A DNA stretch of 64,000 nucleotides from Deltaproteobacteria bacterium (GTDB lineage Bacteria; Desulfobacterota; Binatia; UBA12015). Position 1 is the stretch's first letter; the number at the start of each line of letters is the position of its first letter. A program made the position numbers and the translations under genes. Positions 9,130-16,654 of this stretch are shown piece by piece. The DNA lies in contig VGTG01000001.1 of assembly GCA_016874795.1 (NCBI GenBank), positions 22,735 through 86,734 of the forward strand. Direction: 5' to 3'. A model generated the notes under the pieces. It did not search any database, had not been told where the DNA came from, and was given only the letters and a program-made list of their open reading frames with translations.

Positions 9130-10240
9130 CGATCCTCTGCCTGGCCCAGCGAAGCTCGCGCACGATCGAATCGCCGACCGAGCTCATGCGCAGATCCTCG
9201 GGGAGCACGTCGAAGGAGTAGGTCTCGACCTCGAGCGGAATCGCCGGATCGAGCCTCGGCAGGACGTCCTCGAGAAAGAAGCGCGTCGTCCCGCACGGAC
9301 CGAGGTGCTCCGCGAAGATCGGCACGTGGAAGTGTACTCGGCACTCCTCGATCGAAGAGCGCGTGGAGGCGTCGCGGCCGCGACCGTTCCCGCCGAAGAA
9401 CTCCGGCAGGTCGGCGGCGCGGTGCAGCGCTCCGTCCACGTCGCGCGCGACGACCTGATGCAGGTACGTGGGCTCGTCGAACTGGAGCAACCTCTCGATC
9501 TCCTCTCCGTGCGCGTGCAAGGCGGACGAGACCTGCACCTTGCCGATGACGATGCCGGCGGCCTGGATGGTGCGGAGGCTCTCCGCCGGATCCTCGAACT
9601 CGACCGCCTGGTGGCAGCAGTCGAAGCAGAGCCCGGCGCGCGACGCGAGCGCCGGCGGAAGGGCCAGGCGGTCGAAGAGCTCCACCGCCTGCTCCGTCGT
9701 CTCGACGACGCACGCCGACTCGGGCTCGAAGGCGAGGACGATCGACCGCCCGTGTCGCTGCGCGAGATCGTCGAGATGCTCGACCGCCGCGCGGACGTTC
9801 GCGCGGACGTGCGGCCAGTCGTCCTCTGCGAAGCCGTTCGTGAACGCGATCGGCGCCGTCGAGATCGAGCCGGGAACGCCCTCGGGCAACCACTCGACGA
9901 GTCGGTCGGCGATCCCCCTCGTATAGGCGACGCGCTCCTTGCTTCGCCAGTCGGGCTCGTAGACGCGCTCCTTGACGGACGTTCCGTGAAAGCGACCGTA
10001 GGGGAAGCCGTTGACGGTGAGGACGTAGAGATCGTTCACCTCGCACCACTCGCGGAAGCGTCGCGACTCCTCGTCCGTCAGCTCGTCGACCGCCTGAGCG
10101 GAAAGACGCAGGCCGATCGGAAACGCCTCCGTCGGCGAAACGCCGGCCTTGACGGCGATCAGGTGCGACTCGAGATTCGCGCGCACGTCCGCCCAGGACT
10201 CGCCCGGATGGATGTTCGTGCAATACGTCAGACGCCGCAC
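9107..10240 (-). CDS. eboE: TIM-barrel sugar-phosphate isomerase/epimerase-like 'metabolite traffic protein' EboE
   Basis: Characteristic N-terminus (M)RRLTYCTNIHPGESW and a xylose-isomerase-like barrel length. GTG start at 10240. Confidence 0.8.
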   Translation of the reverse strand: MRRLTYCTNIHPGESWADVRANLESHLIAVKAGVSPTEAFPIGLRLSAQAVDELTDEESRRFREWCEVNDLYVLTVNGFPYGRFHGTSVKERVYEPDWRSKERVAYTRGIADRLVEWLPEGVPGSISTAPIAFTNGFAEDDWPHVRANVRAAVEHLDDLAQRHGRSIVLAFEPESACVVETTEQAVELFDRLALPPALASRAGLCFDCCHQAVEFEDPAESLRTIQAAGIVIGKVQVSSALHAHGEEIERLLQFDEPTYLHQVVARDVDGALHRAADLPEFFGGNGRGRDASTRSSIEECRVHFHVPIFAEHLGPCGTTRFFLEDVLPRLDPAIPLEVETYSFDVLPEDLRMSSVGDSIVRELRWARQRIDASHGRP

Positions 10241-10256
10241 CCGCCGAGCCTACCGA

Positions 10257-10348
10257 GGGGGTCCGGTTCGTTGCAACGCATCTGCACCCAGGCTCACCAG
10301 GCTCGGGACGAGCCTGGGTGCAGATATGCGGAAACGAACCGGACCCCC
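10257..10348. repeat. 92-nt near-perfect inverted repeat (39-nt arms) in the eboD-eboE gap
   Basis: The left arm 10257-10295 pairs with the right arm 10310-10348 as 16 bp plus 15 bp perfect, around an 8-nt internal bubble. The loop is 14 nt and contains a direct repeat of CCAGGCTC. Confidence 0.8.
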
Positions 10349-10625
10349 AGAGGCGTCTTCGAATCCTTCGGCGAGGACGCGCGCCCGCTCCTCGGCGTGC
10401 GCGTACGCGGTCATGGCGATCGAGCTCGCGCGCCATCGTCTGGTTGGCCTCGATGATGTCGTTCAGCTCGTCGGCGATGCGTCCGCCGAGGCCGGTCCAA
10501 TCGCCCGGGCAGCGCCACGCTTCGGAGGCGGGATCTGGGCGGAACGGACGACGATCGCGTAGCGGTATCCGAGGCGTCCGTAGCGCATCGGCTCACCCTC
10601 GTATGGGTCCTCCGAGCGATAGCGT

Positions 10626-11771
10626 CTAATGAGGTCGGGACGCGTGATTGCGAAGATCCGCCACGCAGGAGCGCATCGTGCCAACGTCGATTTCACGAAC
10701 GTCGACACCGTGGCCGATGCGATCGATCAGCGTCACGCAGAGGTTGCCGCCGAGGTGCGCTCGAAAGTCCTCGAGCGCCTGCTCGACGTCGAGATGCTCG
10801 AAGACGGGGAGTGCTACGTCGAAGCCGAGATCGTCCAGCGTCTCGAAGATCGCGTGCCGTGCTTCGTCGGCGATGAGTCCCTTGCGGTTCGCGTAGAGAG
10901 AGTCGAGCGCGATGCCCGCGGCGACGGCTTCGCCGTGGCGCAGCTCGTATCCCGAGAGCTCCTCGAGCTTGTGCGCCGCCCAGTGGCCGAAGTCGAGGGG
11001 ACGGGCCGAGCCGAGCTCGAACGGATCGCCGCTCGTGCGGATGTGCTCGAGGTGGAGCTCGGCGCAGCGAACGACCATCTCCTCGGTCGCTTCGGGCTCG
11101 AACCGCGCGAGGCGCTCTCGGTTCTCGTGCAGCCAGCAAAAGAGCTTCGCGTCGCGGATGAGCGCGACCTTCACGGCCTCCGCGACGCCGGAGCGGCGGT
11201 CGCGCGCGCTCAGCGTCTCGAGGAAGTCGAGGTCGTTCAGGACGGCAAACGGCGGCACGAACGTTCCGAGAAAGTTCTTCCGCTGCTGGAAGTTGACCGC
11301 GTTCTTGACGCCGATCCCGGCGTCGTTCTGCGCGAGGACGGTCGTCGGAACGCGGAGGAGCCGCACGCCGCGGTGGACGAGCGCGGCAGCGTAGCCGGCC
11401 GCATCGAGGACGGACCCGCCGCCGATCGCGAGCACGAACGAGTGCCGACAGACGCCGTGCTGCGCGAGCAGACGGTGCAGCTCGTCGACGATCGACGGAT
11501 CCGACTTGGACGCCTCGCCTCCGGGGACGACGTGCGGCTCGGCGACGATCTCGAGCGACGGGTGCGCCCCGGCGTACGCCGTGATGCGCGCGGCGAGATC
11601 CGGCCAGGCGCGGAGGACGTTCTCGTCGACGACGACGACGGCGCGATGCGGTCCCTCGCCGGCGCGCGCGAGGACGTCCGCGAGCGTCGCGTTCTCCGGC
11701 GCGAAGACGGCGCGCGTGAAGATCACCGGGTAGCGGAACGAGACCGCGAACTCCTGCTCGATCTCACGCAC
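10626..11771 (-). CDS. eboD: 3-dehydroquinate-synthase-like sugar-phosphate cyclase (EboD-like)
   Basis: Motifs GGGSVLDAAGY, RVPTTVLAQNDAGIGVKNAVN and HGEAVAAGIA. I chose the GTG at 11771 (GGGAG 5-6 nt upstream), which overlaps the upstream gene stop by 8 nt; an alternative GTG lies at 11786. The N-terminal 200 aa of track ORF 10626..12407 is spurious. Confidence 0.82.
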   Translation of the reverse strand: MREIEQEFAVSFRYPVIFTRAVFAPENATLADVLARAGEGPHRAVVVVDENVLRAWPDLAARITAYAGAHPSLEIVAEPHVVPGGEASKSDPSIVDELHRLLAQHGVCRHSFVLAIGGGSVLDAAGYAAALVHRGVRLLRVPTTVLAQNDAGIGVKNAVNFQQRKNFLGTFVPPFAVLNDLDFLETLSARDRRSGVAEAVKVALIRDAKLFCWLHENRERLARFEPEATEEMVVRCAELHLEHIRTSGDPFELGSARPLDFGHWAAHKLEELSGYELRHGEAVAAGIALDSLYANRKGLIADEARHAIFETLDDLGFDVALPVFEHLDVEQALEDFRAHLGGNLCVTLIDRIGHGVDVREIDVGTMRSCVADLRNHASRPH

Positions 11772-13359
11772 GGCGGTCTCCCGCACCGGCGCGCGACGTC
11801 TCGGGGAGGACGAGCTTGTCGATGAAGCCCGTGAGCGGCACGGTTCCTTCCGGCCCCGGGATCGGCCGGCCGGGCGTGCCCATGCCCTGCGCGATGAAGA
11901 GCTCGCGGCCGCGCAGCGCGAGGTTCGTCGGCCCGTCGAGACCTTCCGCCAGGACGACGACCTCGCCCGTGTCGGGATCGATCGAGAGCAATCGGCCGGA
12001 GAAGCGGCGGAAGCCGCCGTGGCTCGGCTCGCTCCACAGCGCGGCGCGGTCGCGGATCGGATCTGCGAAGTCGCTGCAGAACTCGAGCACGTAGAGGCGG
12101 CCGTCGGGGCCGATCTCGAGATCGGTCGGCGCGGTGAGCCCCGTGACGAGCCAACGCATCTCGCCGGAGTCCGGATCGACGCGGACGACGCCGCCGGCGC
12201 GCGGCTCGAGCTCCGTGCCCTCTCCGCCTTCTTCGCCTTCCGTCGAGCCGGAGAAAAGCGTGACGAGAACGTCTCCGGAGCGCGGATCGTGTCGCAGGTA
12301 TCCGGGGACGGCGTCCTGCCCGCGCGGGAGCGGCGGCAGCTTGACGATGCGCCGCGAGCCGCGCTCGGGCTGGAGCTGCACGACCTCGTCGCTCGAGCTC
12401 GAGACACCGAGCCAGATCCCGCGCTTCGGGTCGAACGCGACGTCGTTGATGTTGCCGTACACCCGGCTCCACTCGCGCACCTTCCCGCCGTCGACGCGGT
12501 AGATCGTCGAAGGGCCTCCGAAGTACGCGAGGCTGACGAGCGTCGTTCCGTCGCCCTCGGCCATGCCGGCCATGCCGAAGACCTCGTCGCGGCGGACGAT
12601 GTCGACGATGTTCTTGGACTCCCGTCCGTTCAGGAGCTCGCGGCGCTCGCCCGGTCCGTCGAACCGGCCGTCGCCGTTCTCGTCTTCGAGGCGGAGGAGA
12701 GCGCCCGTCGCGGGCTTCGCGGGATCCCCCGTCCCCGCGACGGAGACGAGGAGCGCGTCGCCGGCGCGCGCGAGCATGCCGCGCGGATTCTCGAGGTGGT
12801 CCGCGACGCGGACGCGGGGAACGAGCTGCTTCGCCGGCGCGAGGGGCACCGCGACGGCGTCCGCGCCCACGACCGGGCCCGATGCGCCACTCGGCCGGGC
12901 GGTCCGCGCCGTCTGCGCCGTCTGCGCCGTCTGCGCCGCGCATCCACCGGCGAAGAGAAGGACCACGCAGAGAACGAGAGGCGCCGTCCGTGCGGCGAAG
13001 GGGCGCGCCGACCGGCGCGCGCAGCCGACCGCCGCGACCACCGCCATCCACAGGCCGCAGATCGCGAGCCCGAGCGACTCGCGCACCTCCTCGATGTCGA
13101 GCGACGCCATCCCGAACGAGGAGAACGCCGACGCGGCCGCACCACCCGCGTTCCCCGGGGTCTCCCGCCACGCGAAGAAGAGGTAGAGCGCGCCCGCGAT
13201 CGCGCTCGCGCGCGGGAAGTAGCGTCCCCGTCCCGACGCGAACGCCGACGCCGCGGCGATGCCGTACGCGAGGATCCAGATCGCGGGATCCGGATCGTTC
13301 GTCTGCACGACGACCGCGAAGGCGAAGAGGACGAAGGCGATCCAGGAAGCCAGGCGCAT
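11764..13359 (-). CDS. Fusion protein: N-terminal TMEM220-family 4-TM domain + fossil lipoprotein signal (TM5) + periplasmic beta-propeller-like domain (531 aa)
   Basis: Starts MRLASWIAFVLFAFAVVVQTNDPDPAIW, which carries the TMEM220 signature VQxNDPD. Positive-inside loops are RGRYFPR and RRSARPFAAR, and there is an internal lipobox-like LLFAGGC. The C-terminal roughly 390 aa has repeated G-x-hydrophobic strand motifs (GPDGRLYVLE, GPTNLALRGRELFIA). The upstream part of track ORF 11764..13923 is antisense to eboB. Confidence 0.72.
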   Translation of the reverse strand: MRLASWIAFVLFAFAVVVQTNDPDPAIWILAYGIAAASAFASGRGRYFPRASAIAGALYLFFAWRETPGNAGGAAASAFSSFGMASLDIEEVRESLGLAICGLWMAVVAAVGCARRSARPFAARTAPLVLCVVLLFAGGCAAQTAQTAQTARTARPSGASGPVVGADAVAVPLAPAKQLVPRVRVADHLENPRGMLARAGDALLVSVAGTGDPAKPATGALLRLEDENGDGRFDGPGERRELLNGRESKNIVDIVRRDEVFGMAGMAEGDGTTLVSLAYFGGPSTIYRVDGGKVREWSRVYGNINDVAFDPKRGIWLGVSSSSDEVVQLQPERGSRRIVKLPPLPRGQDAVPGYLRHDPRSGDVLVTLFSGSTEGEEGGEGTELEPRAGGVVRVDPDSGEMRWLVTGLTAPTDLEIGPDGRLYVLEFCSDFADPIRDRAALWSEPSHGGFRRFSGRLLSIDPDTGEVVVLAEGLDGPTNLALRGRELFIAQGMGTPGRPIPGPEGTVPLTGFIDKLVLPETSRAGAGDRRA

Positions 13360-13385
13360 CGATGAACGAGAGAAGCGCGTCCGTC

Positions 13386-14282
13386 CTAGTTCGGGACGGG
13401 CTGGTCGACGCGCGGCTCCTGGCCGCGCAGGACGGAGTTGTCGTTCCAGAGGCTTCGCTGATCGATCACGGGCGAGCGCGCGAGCGCTTCGAAGTCGATC
13501 TGGCCGGACTGGCCGTACGCGTCGAGAGCGTTCTTCCAGGTCGTCAGCTCGACGACGGCGGGAGCCACCCCGCGCTCGAGCATGCGCTGCGCCGTGCGCG
13601 GCACCGCGAGTGGATCGCTGACGCCCCAGTCCGCGGAGCTGTCGACGAGGAGGCGCTCGCCGCCGTAGCGCAACACGATCTCGACCATGCGCTCCGTTCC
13701 CATCTTGGTGTGCGGATAGATGCTGAACGCGGCCCACGCACCGCTCGCGAGGACGTCGTCGATCGTCTCCTCGTTGTTGTGATCGATGATCAGCTTCGAC
13801 ATCGGGATACGCATCTCCTCGGCGATCGCGAGGGAGCGGCGGATTCCGGTCTTCTTGTCGCGATGCGGGGAGTGCACCATCACGACCATGTCGTTCTCGC
13901 GCGCGACCTCGAGCTGCGCGCAATAGGCCTGCTCCTCCGCGGCGGTGATCTCGTCGAAGCCGATCTCGCCGATCGCGACGACGCCTTCCTTGAACGCGAA
14001 GCGCGGCAGGAGCTCGAGCACCTCGCGCGCGAGCGGCTCGTTGTTCGCCTCCTTCGCGTTGAGCCCGATCGCGCAGTAGTGCGCGATGCCGAACTGCGCG
14101 GCGCGGAAGCGCTCCCAGCCGACGAGGCTCGAGAAGTAGTCGACGAAGCTGCCGGCGCTCGTGCGCGGCTGGCCGAGCCAGAAGGCCGGCTCGATGACGG
14201 CGCGGATGCCGGCGCGCGCCATCGCCTCGTAGTCGTCGGTGGTGCGGCTCGTCATGTGGATGTGCGGATCGAAGAAGCGCAT
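13386..14282 (-). CDS. eboB: TatD-family metal-dependent hydrolase (EboB-like)
   Basis: MRFFDPHIHM metal-binding His pair, MVHSPH, and amidohydrolase-fold length. Confidence 0.85.
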   Translation of the reverse strand: MRFFDPHIHMTSRTTDDYEAMARAGIRAVIEPAFWLGQPRTSAGSFVDYFSSLVGWERFRAAQFGIAHYCAIGLNAKEANNEPLAREVLELLPRFAFKEGVVAIGEIGFDEITAAEEQAYCAQLEVARENDMVVMVHSPHRDKKTGIRRSLAIAEEMRIPMSKLIIDHNNEETIDDVLASGAWAAFSIYPHTKMGTERMVEIVLRYGGERLLVDSSADWGVSDPLAVPRTAQRMLERGVAPAVVELTTWKNALDAYGQSGQIDFEALARSPVIDQRSLWNDNSVLRGQEPRVDQPVPN

Positions 14283-14283
14283 C

Positions 14284-15180
14284 TCAGCTCCCTTCGGCGG
14301 CGAGCGCCGCGAAGGCCGTCTGATCGCACCGTCCCGCGCGCGCGTCCGCGAGAGAGCGAAGAGCGTCGGGGTCCGTCTCTTTTTCCGCGAGGTCGCGGAG
14401 GCGATCGGTCGCGCCCGCGCGCGCGAGTGCGAGAACGGCGGCGCGACGCGCGCGCGGATCCGGCACGCCGAGCTCGTGCTCGAGCGCGGCGAGCCCGCGA
14501 TCGCCGGCGTGCACGCCGAGGCAGAGCCAGAGCTCGTGCGGGATCGGCCGACCTGCGCTGCGCCGCTCGTCCGCGAGGTCGAGCGCCATTCGCGCCATCT
14601 CCGGCGAAAGGCGACGATCGAGCCCGTACACGCGCCAGAGCGGCGCCTCGATGAAGACCGCCTTGATCACGAGCTGGCGCCACGCGACTTCGTCGAAGAA
14701 ATGCGCCGGATACGGCGTGTCGCACGCCGTCGCTTCGAAGACGGTCTTGAGGTTCGTCCGGCAGCCTTCCCCGGCGCGCCACGCGAAGCGCTCGCCCCCG
14801 GGCAGATGGGCGAGCGCGCGGTAGAGAGCCTGCAGCTCGCCCTGGTCGGCGTAGCGGAAGCACTCCTCGAGAGCTTCGGGGAACGCGTCGCCGGCGGGGT
14901 CGGGATGCGCGACGAGGAGACGCACGCGCAGCGCTTCGAGGGTCGTCCAGCGCTCCGGATTCCAGCCCGGCAGCCCGTCGGCCGCCTGCTGCTTCTCCTC
15001 CGCCGTCGGCTCGAGGAGGCCGCGAGGCGCATGGCGGCTCGCCTGCGAGAGGAGGCTCGCGAGACGCATCGCGGACGCGCCGGCATCGATCTCACGGTCG
15101 CTCCGCCGGAGCCATTCGAGCGCTTCCGGACGGAGGCGGCGCTCGAGCATCTCGTCGAAACGTGTCTTCGTCGGAGTCAT
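14284..15180 (-). CDS. eboA: EboA-position protein (helical, C-terminal HEAT-like repeats)
   Basis: First gene of the cluster, ending 1 nt before the eboB start. ATG at 15180 (MTPTKTRFDEMLERRL). It has no enzymatic motif; the call rests on position and general resemblance to EboA. Confidence 0.6.
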   Translation of the reverse strand: MTPTKTRFDEMLERRLRPEALEWLRRSDREIDAGASAMRLASLLSQASRHAPRGLLEPTAEEKQQAADGLPGWNPERWTTLEALRVRLLVAHPDPAGDAFPEALEECFRYADQGELQALYRALAHLPGGERFAWRAGEGCRTNLKTVFEATACDTPYPAHFFDEVAWRQLVIKAVFIEAPLWRVYGLDRRLSPEMARMALDLADERRSAGRPIPHELWLCLGVHAGDRGLAALEHELGVPDPRARRAAVLALARAGATDRLRDLAEKETDPDALRSLADARAGRCDQTAFAALAAEGS

Positions 15181-15319
15181 GGGAAGGGCGAGGCCGATCC
15201 CGTCGAGCCTACCGCGGGCGGCGAAGCCGAGCCAGGCCGTCCGTCGCTGCGCGGTCGCGAAGAGGCTTCCAAAGGCCCGTCGCGAGGTGGTACGGCCCGA
15301 AGCGAAAGGACCGCGAGCC

Positions 15320-15703
15320 ATGACGATGAAGATCCGTCCCGACGAGCCGATCGAAGAGTTCGCCCGGCGGTTCCGGGCGGAGCACGCAGAGGCGCCGCTC
15401 GGCCCGGTCGCGAACAAGGTCCTGGTCGACAACGACCGCGTGCGGATCTGGGAGCTGAGCCTCGAGCCGGGCGAGGCGTCGAGCCTGCATCGCCACGATC
15501 TCGACTACATGGTGATCCTGCTCGACGGCGACCGCATCGCCGGCATCCCCGGACCGGCCTCGACGCGCGGCGGGCGTGCCGCCGACGTGGTCCCGGGCCG
15601 CGTCGCCTATCTGAAGCGCGGCGACACCGAGTGGGCCGTGAACATCGGCGACAAGCCGTACCGCGAGCTCCTGATCGAGCTGAAGGACTCGTCGTCGACT
15701 TGA
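15320..15703 (+). CDS. Cupin-domain protein (127 aa)
   Basis: Single cupin barrel signature (LEPGEASSLHRHDLDYMVILLDG ... GDTEWAVN). ATG at 15320 with AAAGGA upstream. Transcribed divergently from eboA. Confidence 0.7.
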   Translation: MTMKIRPDEPIEEFARRFRAEHAEAPLGPVANKVLVDNDRVRIWELSLEPGEASSLHRHDLDYMVILLDGDRIAGIPGPASTRGGRAADVVPGRVAYLKRGDTEWAVNIGDKPYRELLIELKDSSST

Positions 15704-16470
15704 CGCCTGCGCAGCGACAGGGCTGGGAGCGCGACGGCTTCTTCATCGTCGAGAGCTTCGCGCCCGCGTCGACGCTCGAAGCGATGACGGAGCGCATCGT
15801 CGCGCTGGCGCGCGCGGCGGAGCGCGGCGAGGACGTGAGCCCCGCGATCGTGCTTCCGGAGCCCGCGCTCGCGAGCCTCGAAGCGCCGGCCGAGAAGAAG
15901 CTCTCGAAGCTCTTCCGCGTCCATCGACAGGAGCCGGTGTTCCGCGAGTTCTGCGCAGCACCGGCGACGCTCGACCTCGTCACGCCGATCCTCGGCGAGG
16001 AGGTCGACTGCTTCCTCTCGCAGTTCATCTTCAAGCATCCCGGCGCGCTCGGTCAGCCGTGGCACCAGGACGGCTGGTACTTCCCGTTCGATCGCGGGCC
16101 GCAGGTCGGGCTCTGGCTCGCGGTAACGGAAGCGCGGCTCGACAACGGACCGCTCTGGGTGCTGCCCGGATCGCACCTCGAGCCGGTGCACGAGGTCGTT
16201 CCCGACCGGCGGCCGAACGCGCAATTCAGCTACGTCGAGATCGTCGACCACGACATGGAGCGCGCCGTCCCCGTGCGGATGGAGCCGGGCGACCTCCTCG
16301 TCTTCCACAGCCACCTGATGCACCGCTCGACGGACAACCAGAGCGACCGCGGCCGCGCGGCGATGGTGTTCCACTACGGCGAGGCGGGAACGGTCGATCG
16401 GAGCGAGGAGAAGTTCGGCTTCGTGCCGCCGAACGTCGACTGGATGCCGGTGCGCCGGCGCGCGGCCTGA
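15700..16470 (+). CDS. Phytanoyl-CoA dioxygenase (PhyH) family Fe(II)/2OG oxygenase
   Basis: GWERDGFFIVE, WHQDGWYF (HxD), and HSHLMHRS. The proposed TTG start at 15700 overlaps the cupin stop (TTGA). The upstream part of track ORF 14239..16470 is antisense to eboA. Confidence 0.82.
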   Translation: MTPAQRQGWERDGFFIVESFAPASTLEAMTERIVALARAAERGEDVSPAIVLPEPALASLEAPAEKKLSKLFRVHRQEPVFREFCAAPATLDLVTPILGEEVDCFLSQFIFKHPGALGQPWHQDGWYFPFDRGPQVGLWLAVTEARLDNGPLWVLPGSHLEPVHEVVPDRRPNAQFSYVEIVDHDMERAVPVRMEPGDLLVFHSHLMHRSTDNQSDRGRAAMVFHYGEAGTVDRSEEKFGFVPPNVDWMPVRRRAA

Positions 16471-16485
16471 CGCGCCCCTCCGCCT

Positions 16486-16654
16486 CTCAGAGTCTGTGAA
16501 TCAATCCCCTCCCGTCGCCGGAAGGCCGATGCATCCCTGCCTGCTGCGTTGCTCCTCCTGGGCATAGCCTACGGCTATGACTCGTCGTCGCGCCTTGCAG
16601 GCGGGGCGCCTCGACCTTCCGGCTCGGTCCGGGGATCGATTCACAAACTCTCAG
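16486..16654. repeat. 169-bp multi-segment inverted-repeat element between convergent genes (MITE-like, structured RNA or bidirectional terminator)
   Basis: Terminal 24-nt inverted repeats 16486-16509 and 16631-16654 match at 21/24. Inner pairings are GCCGGAAGG (16517-25) with CCTTCCGGC (16615-23), CCCTGCCTGC (16535-44) with GCAGGCGGGG (16597-606), and an apical CATAGCC/GGCTATG hairpin. Confidence 0.7.

Noticed and set aside
10346-10625. Short minus-strand ORFs in the eboD-eboE gap: a 41-aa MRYGRLGYRY.. with a GAGGGTGA RBS-like site, a 54-aa MTAYAHAEERARVLAEGFED.., and track ORF 10463..10708.
   Set aside because: The coding-like signal is split over three frames and no single ORF is long or recognisable. 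I treated this as a possible decayed gene (see the finding), not as annotated CDSs.
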